DNA from: a virus
Lineage: Duplodnaviria > Caudoviricetes
IMG/VR virus record: IMGVR_UViG_3300010167_000010
Span: 96,001 to 160,000 of that record
Length of the DNA: 64,000 bases
Direction: 5' to 3' (one strand)
The position numbers were made by a program, and so were the translations under genes. The stretch's first letter is position 1; the number at the start of each line of letters is the position of its first letter. Under the pieces are notes generated by a model, which had not been told where the DNA came from, made no database searches, and saw only the letters and a list, made by a program, of their open reading frames with translations. Below, piece after piece: positions 50,082-58,238 of this stretch.

Positions 50082-51311
50082 ATGAATGATTATTCTGAAT
50101 TTGATGTGTCTCGAGAACTGTTATCTGAAGCTCGAATATTAGGAAAAACAGTTGATGAAGACACTGCTTTAGGCACTTTAACACAAAACCCACATTCTAA
50201 ATTAGAATTGTTTGCTATTAATGACAAAGAAGTCGATATTATATTAAAAGAAAATATTTCCCTTCAAGAAAGAATTGCAACAAGTTATTTAGATGCAGAA
50301 AAATTTTCAGATAAATTAGCAATAATAAACCCAAATGTTGTTCATTCTGATGAACTCGATGTCAAAGAAGGTAAAGTTTATTATGATTCTACTCAGGGAT
50401 TTTTAAAAGCTGAACCAACTAAAGAAGGTTTATCAAAACTTGTATATTGGCTTAAAACATATCCACAAAAATTTAAAAGTTGTTTTATTAAGTTTATAAG
50501 GGGTGATGAAGCAATAAAGGCTCAAGTTGTAAAAGATGGTGGTAATACATACTCAGATGAAAACAAAAGAGGAAAAGGTATAGGCCAAGATTCTAAACCA
50601 GAAAATATTTTATTAAAATATATTGGCCCTTCTGGCCAAATGGTGCCAGGATTAAATAGATCTTATATTAAAGGTACAAAAGTAGAAGTTCCAGCTGAAA
50701 TGGCTGATCAATTAAGACAGACAAAATTATTTGAGGAGATAGAAATGGAAGAAAATAGAATGAGAGAAGATTTTTCAGAATGGGATGTAAGTGACGATAA
50801 TCTTAAAAAAGAAGTTTTACAAGAAGGTGGTCACAGAGTTAAAATTCCAGAAGAAGATAAAGAAAGAATTGTACATCTAATTTGTTTAATTAAAGATCCT
50901 CAAAAAAGACTATCTGAGTGGAATGATATTTTATTACGCATACAAGAAAGAAATGCAAAAGATGCAGCAAAAGCTGAAAAGAAAGCAGCTGCAATTTCTA
51001 TTAAAGAAAGTATTGATAAAACAGAAGATGATATGTTAGATTGTATAGATGCTGCTTATGGAAAATTTGGTGATAAAGTAGATGAACTTATTACTGAATA
51101 TGGTGGAAATTTACCAGATTCTGATACTTGGTGTGAAGGTGTTGAAGACATTGAAGGTCTTTATTATAAAGTTAGAGATGTAGTTAAAAAACAAGCAACA
51201 TGGGATCCTGTAACTTATAAATCATGGGGTGGTACTGAATATCTTAGAAACATTTGGGATCTCGAATGGGATAAAGCTGGTAAAACTTTAATCAATGCGA
51301 GGTATAGATGA
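50082..51311 (+). CDS. hypothetical protein, candidate internal head polyprotein
   Basis: Late motif; repeated D(Y/F)SE(F/W)DVS leader; LxE sites. Confidence 0.65.
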   Translation: MNDYSEFDVSRELLSEARILGKTVDEDTALGTLTQNPHSKLELFAINDKEVDIILKENISLQERIATSYLDAEKFSDKLAIINPNVVHSDELDVKEGKVYYDSTQGFLKAEPTKEGLSKLVYWLKTYPQKFKSCFIKFIRGDEAIKAQVVKDGGNTYSDENKRGKGIGQDSKPENILLKYIGPSGQMVPGLNRSYIKGTKVEVPAEMADQLRQTKLFEEIEMEENRMREDFSEWDVSDDNLKKEVLQEGGHRVKIPEEDKERIVHLICLIKDPQKRLSEWNDILLRIQERNAKDAAKAEKKAAAISIKESIDKTEDDMLDCIDAAYGKFGDKVDELITEYGGNLPDSDTWCEGVEDIEGLYYKVRDVVKKQATWDPVTYKSWGGTEYLRNIWDLEWDKAGKTLINARYR

Positions 51312-51808
51312 AAACTTTTAATGAGATATTAAAAGAAAGTTCTGTTACTAATAATGGTATTATAATAGGAGATGTAAAATTTTATTGTAGAAAAAGTGAT
51401 AGTAAAGACCGATCTTGGGGTAATAATTCTCCATACTATGATTTAATTTTAGATGGACCAAAAGGAAAGAGAATTATAAAACAATGGGCTTGTTGGAAAT
51501 CAGGTAAATATGGTGGAGGTATGGGTCCGTTTGCAACTAGATCACAAAAAAGATATACTATAAATACTGCTTGTGGGTTTAATGGTGGTGGAGAATCTAT
51601 TTCTGGTCCAAATCCTAGAGAAACATCTACTAAAGCTATGGAAAAAACACCTCAATTAAAAATATGGGAAGGAAATAGTCTTAAAAATAGTATTCTCAAA
51701 AAATATGGAGAAGAATATCTTGATGTTGGTGGTGACCCATCAATTTTAGATAATTTATGGGATAAATATCCGTTTAAATCTACTTTTGAAGAGGATGATG
51801 AATTTTAA
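51308..51808 (+). CDS. candidate internal head protein
   Basis: MKTFNEILKES leader resembling the T4 capsid-targeting sequence. Confidence 0.6.
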   Translation: MKTFNEILKESSVTNNGIIIGDVKFYCRKSDSKDRSWGNNSPYYDLILDGPKGKRIIKQWACWKSGKYGGGMGPFATRSQKRYTINTACGFNGGGESISGPNPRETSTKAMEKTPQLKIWEGNSLKNSILKKYGEEYLDVGGDPSILDNLWDKYPFKSTFEEDDEF

Positions 51809-52023
51809 TGAAAGAATTTAATGAAGTTTTAAATGAATCTAATGAACCCGAACTTCCTAGAATGTTAAAAACAGGAAAAACTAATGATTTGGCATACGAA
51901 TTAACACAAGAACTTATTAGGCATGTTAAAAATTATAATAATCCTCAAGAGGGATTACTTAATGCTAAAAAAGTATTAAAGTTTATATATTCAGAAATAG
52001 AATTAGAATCCTGGGGAAATTAA
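51808..52023 (+). CDS. candidate internal head protein
   Basis: MKEFNEVLNES leader. Confidence 0.6.
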   Translation: MKEFNEVLNESNEPELPRMLKTGKTNDLAYELTQELIRHVKNYNNPQEGLLNAKKVLKFIYSEIELESWGN

Positions 52024-52049
52024 AAATTACAACTCAAGAAATAAATGAA

Positions 52050-52598
52050 TTGCATATAAGAGCAGTTCAAAAACATCGTAAATTAGTATCTAAATATCTC
52101 GAAAAATTTGCTTTATCGAAATTAGGTGAAGAATTAGGATTTTCTTATTCTGACGCGGAAGATTTAGCATATACTCACGATAAAGATAAATTAGAAAATA
52201 AAGAACTTTTTGATCAATATAAATATATTTCATATCTTTATTATTGTAAAAAACATGATTTAGAATGTGAAATAGAATATACTAAAGAAATGGACGACGC
52301 TACTCAAGATCACATTATAAATAATAAACATCATGCTGAATATTGGGATAAAAATTATAGACCAGTTGAAGTTACAGATTTTAAAAATAGAGATAGCACA
52401 ACTATAAACTCTGTATCTGGAAAAAATATGCCAGATGAATCAATAATAGAAATGGTTTGTGATTGGAAAGCTGTTGGAGATTCTCGAAATAATAAAGCAA
52501 TTGAATGGGCTGATAAGGTTAAAAAAAATAAAAGATACGTTTTTACTGATGATCAGTGGGATTTTATTTACGAAATATTAGATGTTATAGATAATTAA
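52050..52598 (+). CDS. HD-like (DUF5662-type) protein
   Basis: H...V, HDKDK, H...NKHHAEYW, EMVCDW. Confidence 0.75.
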   Translation: MHIRAVQKHRKLVSKYLEKFALSKLGEELGFSYSDAEDLAYTHDKDKLENKELFDQYKYISYLYYCKKHDLECEIEYTKEMDDATQDHIINNKHHAEYWDKNYRPVEVTDFKNRDSTTINSVSGKNMPDESIIEMVCDWKAVGDSRNNKAIEWADKVKKNKRYVFTDDQWDFIYEILDVIDN

Positions 52599-52602
52599 AA
52601 TC

Positions 52603-52920
52603 TTATTCATGACCAATTTGCTTATTTAATAAGAAACCTTCTAAATCTTGAGGAACAATTTTATAAATTATATCGCCTGGTCGTAAATCCATTAAATAAC
52701 GAATTCCATTGATGTTGAGCCAAATATCATCCATTTCATTCATTCCATATTGTTCATGCATACAAGCCCAAAATCTAGCTAAATCTCGTGATGTAATCTC
52801 ATATTCAGAAGGGATTTGAGAAATTGCTCCTGTATTGTAATTATGTAGTGGGTCTGGAAATAATTGACCATCTATATCTAAAACTACACTATCATCAAAA
52901 TAATCGTATCGTGATCTAAT
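52603..52920 (-). CDS. gp53/LysM-like baseplate wedge protein with AUU start (absent from ORF track)
   Basis: 105 aa (M)RSRYDYF...YG....DIWLNINGI...DLRPGDII; AAGGAGG 8 nt before ATT; in-frame TAA directly upstream. Confidence 0.7.
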   Translation of the reverse strand: MRSRYDYFDDSVVLDIDGQLFPDPLHNYNTGAISQIPSEYEITSRDLARFWACMHEQYGMNEMDDIWLNINGIRYLMDLRPGDIIYKIVPQDLEGFLLNKQIGHE

Positions 52921-52957
52921 TTAAGTATCCTCCTTTTTAATTTAGTACTAAATAATA

Positions 52958-52990
52958 AGCAAAAAGGAAGCGCTAACTTCCTAATTGCTC
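52958..52990 (+). promoter_or_regulatory. 5' leader hairpin of the GIY-YIG gene
   Basis: AGCAA-aaa-GGAAG-cgctaa-CTTCC-taa-TTGCT. Confidence 0.55.
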
Positions 52991-53019
52991 TAACACAATG
53001 AACTGTAAGGAGTATCATC

Positions 53020-53628
53020 ATGTCTAATAATATAGTTGGAATTTATAAAGTTACAAATTTAATTAATCAGAAGTTTTATATAGGTATGTCTAAAAATATT
53101 TTTAAAAGATGGAAAGTACATAAAAATTTAAAAAGAAAACTTAAAACATATTTTGATTTTGCTTTATTAAAATATGGAACAGAAAATTTTAAATTTGAAA
53201 TTATTGAAGAATGTGAAAGTGAAAATATTAATGAAAAAGAAATTTATTGGATTGCAAAATTAAAACCAGAGTATAATCTTACAAAAGGTGGGACAGGTGG
53301 TGATACTTGGTCTTTATTATCTGAAGAGAATAAAAAATTAAAAATTGAAAAATTAAGAAAAAGTTGTAAAATAAGTCATAATACTGAATCTTATAAAGAA
53401 TATGCAAAAAAAGCCGTATTAGGTAATAAAAATCCAATGCATAAAAATAACTTTACTTTTACACCCGAATTGCTAGAAAAATGGAGGCTTTCTCATTTAG
53501 GTGAAAAAAATGGAATGTATGGAAAAAAACGATATACTAACGGAAAAGAAAATATAGTAGGAATAGAATGCCCTCGAGGATTCAGGCCAGGCATAACCCA
53601 TTCCATTATTAATAAATCCAAACTCTAA
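53020..53628 (+). CDS. free-standing GIY-YIG homing endonuclease with NUMOD-type C-terminus
   Basis: GIYKVTN..N..FYIG.S..I..RW..H, E..WI, YN; GEKNGMYGK. Confidence 0.92.
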   Translation: MSNNIVGIYKVTNLINQKFYIGMSKNIFKRWKVHKNLKRKLKTYFDFALLKYGTENFKFEIIEECESENINEKEIYWIAKLKPEYNLTKGGTGGDTWSLLSEENKKLKIEKLRKSCKISHNTESYKEYAKKAVLGNKNPMHKNNFTFTPELLEKWRLSHLGEKNGMYGKKRYTNGKENIVGIECPRGFRPGITHSIINKSKL

Positions 53629-53632
53629 ACTC

Positions 53633-53694
53633 TGATCTCTGATTTTGTTTCCTTTTTAAATTTATCTTTAAAAACGAAAGAGATTTCGAGATCA
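53633..53694. repeat. imperfect 28-bp inverted repeat
   Basis: TGATCTC...TTTTTAAA-tttatc-TTTAAAAA...GAGATCA. Confidence 0.6.
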
Positions 53695-53728
53695 AAATGA
53701 TATTATACATAAAAGTTAATATAATTAT

Positions 53729-53983
53729 ATGAGAGATGAATTAAGATTAAAGTTAAAAGGATTACTTCCAGAAAAATTTATAATAGACTCTGCCATTGAC
53801 TATCCTGAAGATGGTGCTTGCAAAGTTAGGGGTAAAATAGGTCAATGGGCAGTTCTTATCGAATGGCATTACTTAGAAAATGAGGAAATGTGTTGGCTTG
53901 AAACAGTTGGTTTAGATTCTCAAGGAAATAAAGGCGAATGTTTAGTAGATAATTTATATAGAGTTCTAAGTGGATTAAGTTAA
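53729..53983 (+). CDS. hypothetical protein
   Basis: AGTTAAT-N8-ATG. Confidence 0.6.
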   Translation: MRDELRLKLKGLLPEKFIIDSAIDYPEDGACKVRGKIGQWAVLIEWHYLENEEMCWLETVGLDSQGNKGECLVDNLYRVLSGLS

Positions 53984-54013
53984 TATATTTATAAAATTAT
54001 ATTGGAGGAATAG

Positions 54014-55192
54014 GTGATAAGTTTTACAATTAAAACAGATCAATTAAGTAGAATTAAAATTTTACAAGACTACATTAAAAAAATGGAAACATTTTCTTCT
54101 TTAGATAAAAAGCAAGTTTTTGTATTAGAGAATGATAAACTTACTATTTTTGGAAAAGCAGATAGTGCCGGAGCTGGTCATATTGAAGCAACATTTGATA
54201 TTTCTAATTTAAATAAAAGTGAATCTTTTGGTTTTGAACTAGATAAGTTTATAAATTATTTAGAAAAATGTAAATCTGATGAAATAAATATCAGTATTGC
54301 AAATAATAAAATTACATTTAAAACCAAAACAAATAAATTGATAATAAATGAAGCTTTAGTATTTACAGCATTAGATCCACAAGTTTTAACTGAATTAAAA
54401 GATAATATTAAAAATAAATTGGCTCTCCCAGAATTCAAGAAACCAATTGAAATTAAATTAGATCATAGAGATTTAATTACTGAATTAGGCACTATGACCA
54501 AGCTTCAAGATACAAATCATCAAATACTTTTAGGTAAAGATTTTATTAAATCAGCTGATACTTTATGTATATTAAGTTTAAAATCTTCTTTAACTATTGT
54601 GCAAACAGATGAAGAAGTATTTATAGATAGAGATATAACTTCTATATTTAAGAATACAGATTCTTTTAAAATATCTTCTGATAAAAAATATTTTTATTTT
54701 GATATTCAGAATTATGGTATTAAATTGATATTTGTACCAAAAACATTTAATTGGTCATTTCCAACAGATCAAGATATTATTGATATTAGTCCAGAAGCTA
54801 AAAAGCTAATAACTTTAAAAATAAATACAGAAAGATTTTATGAAGAACTTTCTAAGTTTGAAGGGGTTTTTGAAACTGGAACTTGGAGATATGGTCAAAT
54901 AAAAATTAGAACACCTAAAGGTTTTAAAGATGAATTAGAATTATCTTTTGATAATAGTATAACAGAAGTATTTACTACGTTACCAATTACTATAACATCT
55001 AATACAGATAAAACAGATAATTTTGAATTTATGATCCCAACTATTCATTTTAAATCATTAAAATCTATTTTATCTAGTGAAGATACTTTTACATTTAAGT
55101 ATTCATCTTCAAAATTAAGTGACCCAAATGGTGTTGCAATAATTATAGAAAATACTAATGCTAATATTATTTTAGCCAAAATGGAGGAATAA
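54014..55192 (+). CDS. putative DNA sliding clamp (beta-clamp-like)
   Basis: 392 aa, three-fold beta-rich organisation; MISFTI.. start and ..IILAKM end resemble DnaN; GGAGG RBS, GTG start. Confidence 0.5.
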   Translation: MISFTIKTDQLSRIKILQDYIKKMETFSSLDKKQVFVLENDKLTIFGKADSAGAGHIEATFDISNLNKSESFGFELDKFINYLEKCKSDEINISIANNKITFKTKTNKLIINEALVFTALDPQVLTELKDNIKNKLALPEFKKPIEIKLDHRDLITELGTMTKLQDTNHQILLGKDFIKSADTLCILSLKSSLTIVQTDEEVFIDRDITSIFKNTDSFKISSDKKYFYFDIQNYGIKLIFVPKTFNWSFPTDQDIIDISPEAKKLITLKINTERFYEELSKFEGVFETGTWRYGQIKIRTPKGFKDELELSFDNSITEVFTTLPITITSNTDKTDNFEFMIPTIHFKSLKSILSSEDTFTFKYSSSKLSDPNGVAIIIENTNANIILAKMEE

Positions 55193-55193
55193 C

Positions 55194-55568
55194 TTGAAAA
55201 TTAGAAATGGTTTCGTTAGTAACAGTTCATCAAGTTCATTTATTATAATTGGATTAAGAGTACAAGATATTGAAGAATCTTTAATTAAATATGCTAAAGA
55301 GTTTTGTTCTGCCGCATTTTATAATGAAAAATTAAGTATGTTTGAATTAGCTGAACACCTTGGTGTAGATTATGATTGCGACGGTGATGATAATGATGGT
55401 GTTATTGGTAGAACAATTGCATATGTAGATTATGAAGATTGTTGTATAGAAAGAGAAATGATATCTGTAAAAAATATTGTTGAAGAACCAAAATTAAAAA
55501 CTTTATTTGATATTACTGGTAAAACTAAAGATGATTTAGTAATATTATCTGGTAATGGTGAAGCATGA
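55194..55568 (+). CDS. MKIRxGFVSNSSSSSF-leader family protein 5
   Basis: TTG start after GGAGG. Confidence 0.85.
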   Translation: MKIRNGFVSNSSSSSFIIIGLRVQDIEESLIKYAKEFCSAAFYNEKLSMFELAEHLGVDYDCDGDDNDGVIGRTIAYVDYEDCCIEREMISVKNIVEEPKLKTLFDITGKTKDDLVILSGNGEA

Positions 55569-55727
55569 ACAAAAAATTAATTATAGAAAGATTAAAATCT
55601 TTAAAAGTAATAGCTGATAATTTTTTAGATGAACAAGATTTTGATGAATATACAGATAGGGAAATTTATACTCAAGTAATTGAAATATATGAAGATGGTA
55701 TAAACAATTTAATAGAGGATATTGATA

Positions 55728-56015
55728 ATGAAGATTAGAATTAGTTTTGTTAGTAATAGTTCTTCTGCATCTTTTATAATAGATAAAAGAACTATATCAC
55801 AAGATCAATTAATTTTAATATTAAATCATAAAGATAGTGGTTTAGAATATGCTAATACTGATGCTTGGGAATTAGAAGATGGATTAAATTATTTAAAAGG
55901 TTCTACAATTATAGATAATTTTGATATGCGAAGATTTCTAAAAAGTATTGGGATTAAAAAGGTTCACGAGTGGGAATCAGATAATGATGATTGGGAAGGA
56001 TGGGATTTAAAATGA
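55728..56015 (+). CDS. MKIRxGFVSNSSSSSF-leader family protein 6 (variant MKIRISFVSNSSSASF)
   Basis: Leader motif; start placed at ATG 55728. Confidence 0.8.
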   Translation: MKIRISFVSNSSSASFIIDKRTISQDQLILILNHKDSGLEYANTDAWELEDGLNYLKGSTIIDNFDMRRFLKSIGIKKVHEWESDNDDWEGWDLK

Positions 56016-56416
56016 AAATAAGAAATGGGTTTGTAAGTAATAGTTCTAGCAGTTCTTTTGTTATTGCCTTTAACGGTGATAGAATAGGATTAGAGAAAAA
56101 AATAAAAGATGTATTTGGAATGAAGTTTAAACATCCAATAAAATTCCCAGATTTATCTGGATCTATAATAAATTGTATTAGTGAAGAATATTCTGATATA
56201 GATGGAATAAAAGAATTTATGGATTATTTTGACATGGAAGATGAAAAAGATGGTCCAGATGAACATGTACAAGCAATAAAGTATCTTAAAAAAGGTTGGA
56301 TAATTTGTACTGGAGAATTTTCAGATCAAGATGATCCAGAAGAAGCACTTTTATGTAATTCAGAAATAGAATATAAAGATAAAGATTTATATATCTCTTC
56401 TCCAGAAGGCTACTAA
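56012..56416 (+). CDS. MKIRxGFVSNSSSSSF-leader family protein 7
   Basis: Leader motif; start placed at ATG 56012. Confidence 0.85.
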   Translation: MKIRNGFVSNSSSSSFVIAFNGDRIGLEKKIKDVFGMKFKHPIKFPDLSGSIINCISEEYSDIDGIKEFMDYFDMEDEKDGPDEHVQAIKYLKKGWIICTGEFSDQDDPEEALLCNSEIEYKDKDLYISSPEGY

Positions 56417-56430
56417 GTTAATATATAAAT

Positions 56431-56596
56431 ATAACCGAGGTGAACGGTTATAAATTATATTCATCGGTTCCTTAAAAAGGAACGGCGGTAGGAATATCCA
56501 AAACTGCCGCCAACTTTTTCTTTTTGCTACAAAAGAAGTAAACCTAAAATGTAGCTTACCTCCAATCCGACTCTCCCTTCGGGGAGAGTATTTTTT
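56431..56596 (+). ncRNA. structured small RNA of unknown family
   Basis: Own promoter motif, pseudoknot, three hairpins, UUCG terminator. Confidence 0.65.
56570..56596 (+). terminator. intrinsic terminator
   Basis: ACTCTCCC-TTCG-GGGAGAGT-ATTTTTT. Confidence 0.9.
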
Positions 56597-56617
56597 ACTA
56601 AATATTAAGAAGGATAT

Positions 56618-56983
56618 ATGAAAAAGATATTTTTAATTTTATTAGTTTTATTTATAAGTTCTACAATATATGCACAATCAGCAAATTATCAACAATTGGC
56701 ACAAGACGCTGCAAGAAACTTATCAAGAAATGAACAAGAGTATAATAGATTATTAGCATTATTAAATGAATCACAAAATAATTCTCGTTTTATAAGTTTT
56801 CAAACTAGATTAAATGGTTTACAAAGACAGATTGAAGCACAAGAAAAAATAGTTGAAGACTTAATAAATAGACCAGCTGTTATAGTAAATATAAGAAATG
56901 CATTAGATGAGTTAGTTAGACTTAATGACAGATATAAATCAGTAGAAGCCCAATATCGTGAATGGCTTAATTCTTTAAGATGA
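56618..56983 (+). CDS. secreted coiled-coil protein
   Basis: Sec signal ending IYA-Q; helical body. Confidence 0.7.
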   Translation: MKKIFLILLVLFISSTIYAQSANYQQLAQDAARNLSRNEQEYNRLLALLNESQNNSRFISFQTRLNGLQRQIEAQEKIVEDLINRPAVIVNIRNALDELVRLNDRYKSVEAQYREWLNSLR

Positions 56984-57198
56984 TAATAAAACAAATAGCA
57001 TATTCAGTAGCAAAATGTTTTGAGTGCAATTCATTTATAATTTATAAACCAGGTTCAGACGGTTTTCCAAATGTTTGCGAAAAATGCGGTGTTAGATATG
57101 ATGTACATTTAACTCAAGAACAAAGAATGCAAATGGAAAGAATGAAACAACATCCCGGACATCATACAACTATGAATGTTCATACAATTAAGTTTTAG
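56980..57198 (+). CDS. small zinc-ribbon protein
   Basis: CFEC...CEKC. Confidence 0.6.
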   Translation: MIIKQIAYSVAKCFECNSFIIYKPGSDGFPNVCEKCGVRYDVHLTQEQRMQMERMKQHPGHHTTMNVHTIKF

Positions 57199-57371
57199 TT
57201 AATTTAAATAAATGAGTAAAAAAGCAAAAATTATATTAAAAATAATATCATTTTTATTATTTATTTTTATTGGTTCATTTATTAGTGTTCATATTCCAAC
57301 AACTGATGTTGGAATAATAGCATTAGCTTTAATAGGAACACATTTACTAACAGATCATCTTGGAGATCATA

Positions 57372-57998
57372 ATGAAAATAATAAGTCATAGTGCAGAAAT
57401 AATTTATCCAGAAACAGAAGAAGATTGGTTACGGGAAGCAAAATTTATAGAATTAGCAGCCCGTAATTGTTATAAATCTGAAGATAAAATAACAAAAGAT
57501 AGTTGGCGATCTATGGTTAAAATGCTCAAAGAAAAAGAGCATGGAGCAATGATAGAATTTGGAAATATAATTGTTAGAATTATAACTGATATTAGATCTA
57601 AACGAGATATAACACGACATCGCTTATGTAGTTTTGCAGTTGAATCAACTCGTTATTGTAATTATAGTAAAGAAAAATTTGGTAAAGAAATTACAGTAGT
57701 ACAACCAACTGAAATATGGAATAAAGAATCAGTTCAATACGAAACTTGGAAACAAGCATGTGAAAAAGCCGAATGGTTTTATTTTACAATATTAGCTGAA
57801 GGAGCTAAAGCAGAAAATGCGGCTACTACACTTCCATTAGCAACTAAATCTGACATTGTTATGAAATGTAATTGGAGAGAAATGCTTCATATATTTAAGT
57901 TAAGAGGAAAATATTCTAAAGCACATCCAGATGTTAAATTTAATTTTGAAAAATTACAAGAAAAATGTATAGAAAAAATGCCGGAGGTTTTTACATGA
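57372..57998 (+). CDS. thyX: FAD-dependent thymidylate synthase ThyX
   Basis: AARNCYKS, H.AMIEF, RHRLCSFAVESTRY, N.RE..H...LR...AHP. Confidence 0.9.
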   Translation: MKIISHSAEIIYPETEEDWLREAKFIELAARNCYKSEDKITKDSWRSMVKMLKEKEHGAMIEFGNIIVRIITDIRSKRDITRHRLCSFAVESTRYCNYSKEKFGKEITVVQPTEIWNKESVQYETWKQACEKAEWFYFTILAEGAKAENAATTLPLATKSDIVMKCNWREMLHIFKLRGKYSKAHPDVKFNFEKLQEKCIEKMPEVFT

Positions 57999-58180
57999 AA
58001 GAAAGATGTGGTTATCATAATAAAAATGATACTTGTAATTGTACTCTTCTTTGTAAAGAGATAAAATGTATAGCAATTAAATCTAATCATTTAAATGTAG
58101 AAGATAAAGCTCTTAATATGATAGAAAATGGATTCGAATATTTAAAAGAAATAAAACAAGAAAGAAAAAGGTTAATTTAA
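57995..58180 (+). CDS. small Cys-rich hypothetical protein
   Basis: GGAGG RBS; ATGA overlap with thyX. Confidence 0.55.
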   Translation: MKERCGYHNKNDTCNCTLLCKEIKCIAIKSNHLNVEDKALNMIENGFEYLKEIKQERKRLI

Positions 58181-58238
58181 CTAAATAAATAGAGTCGCTG
58201 TAAAAAGGACTTACAATTCAAATAGGAGGAATTGCGTT

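Noticed and set aside
52921-53700. Group I intron interrupting the AUU-start gene
   Set aside because: The gene has its own SD and promoter motif and a typical N-terminus; no intron core or upstream exon found
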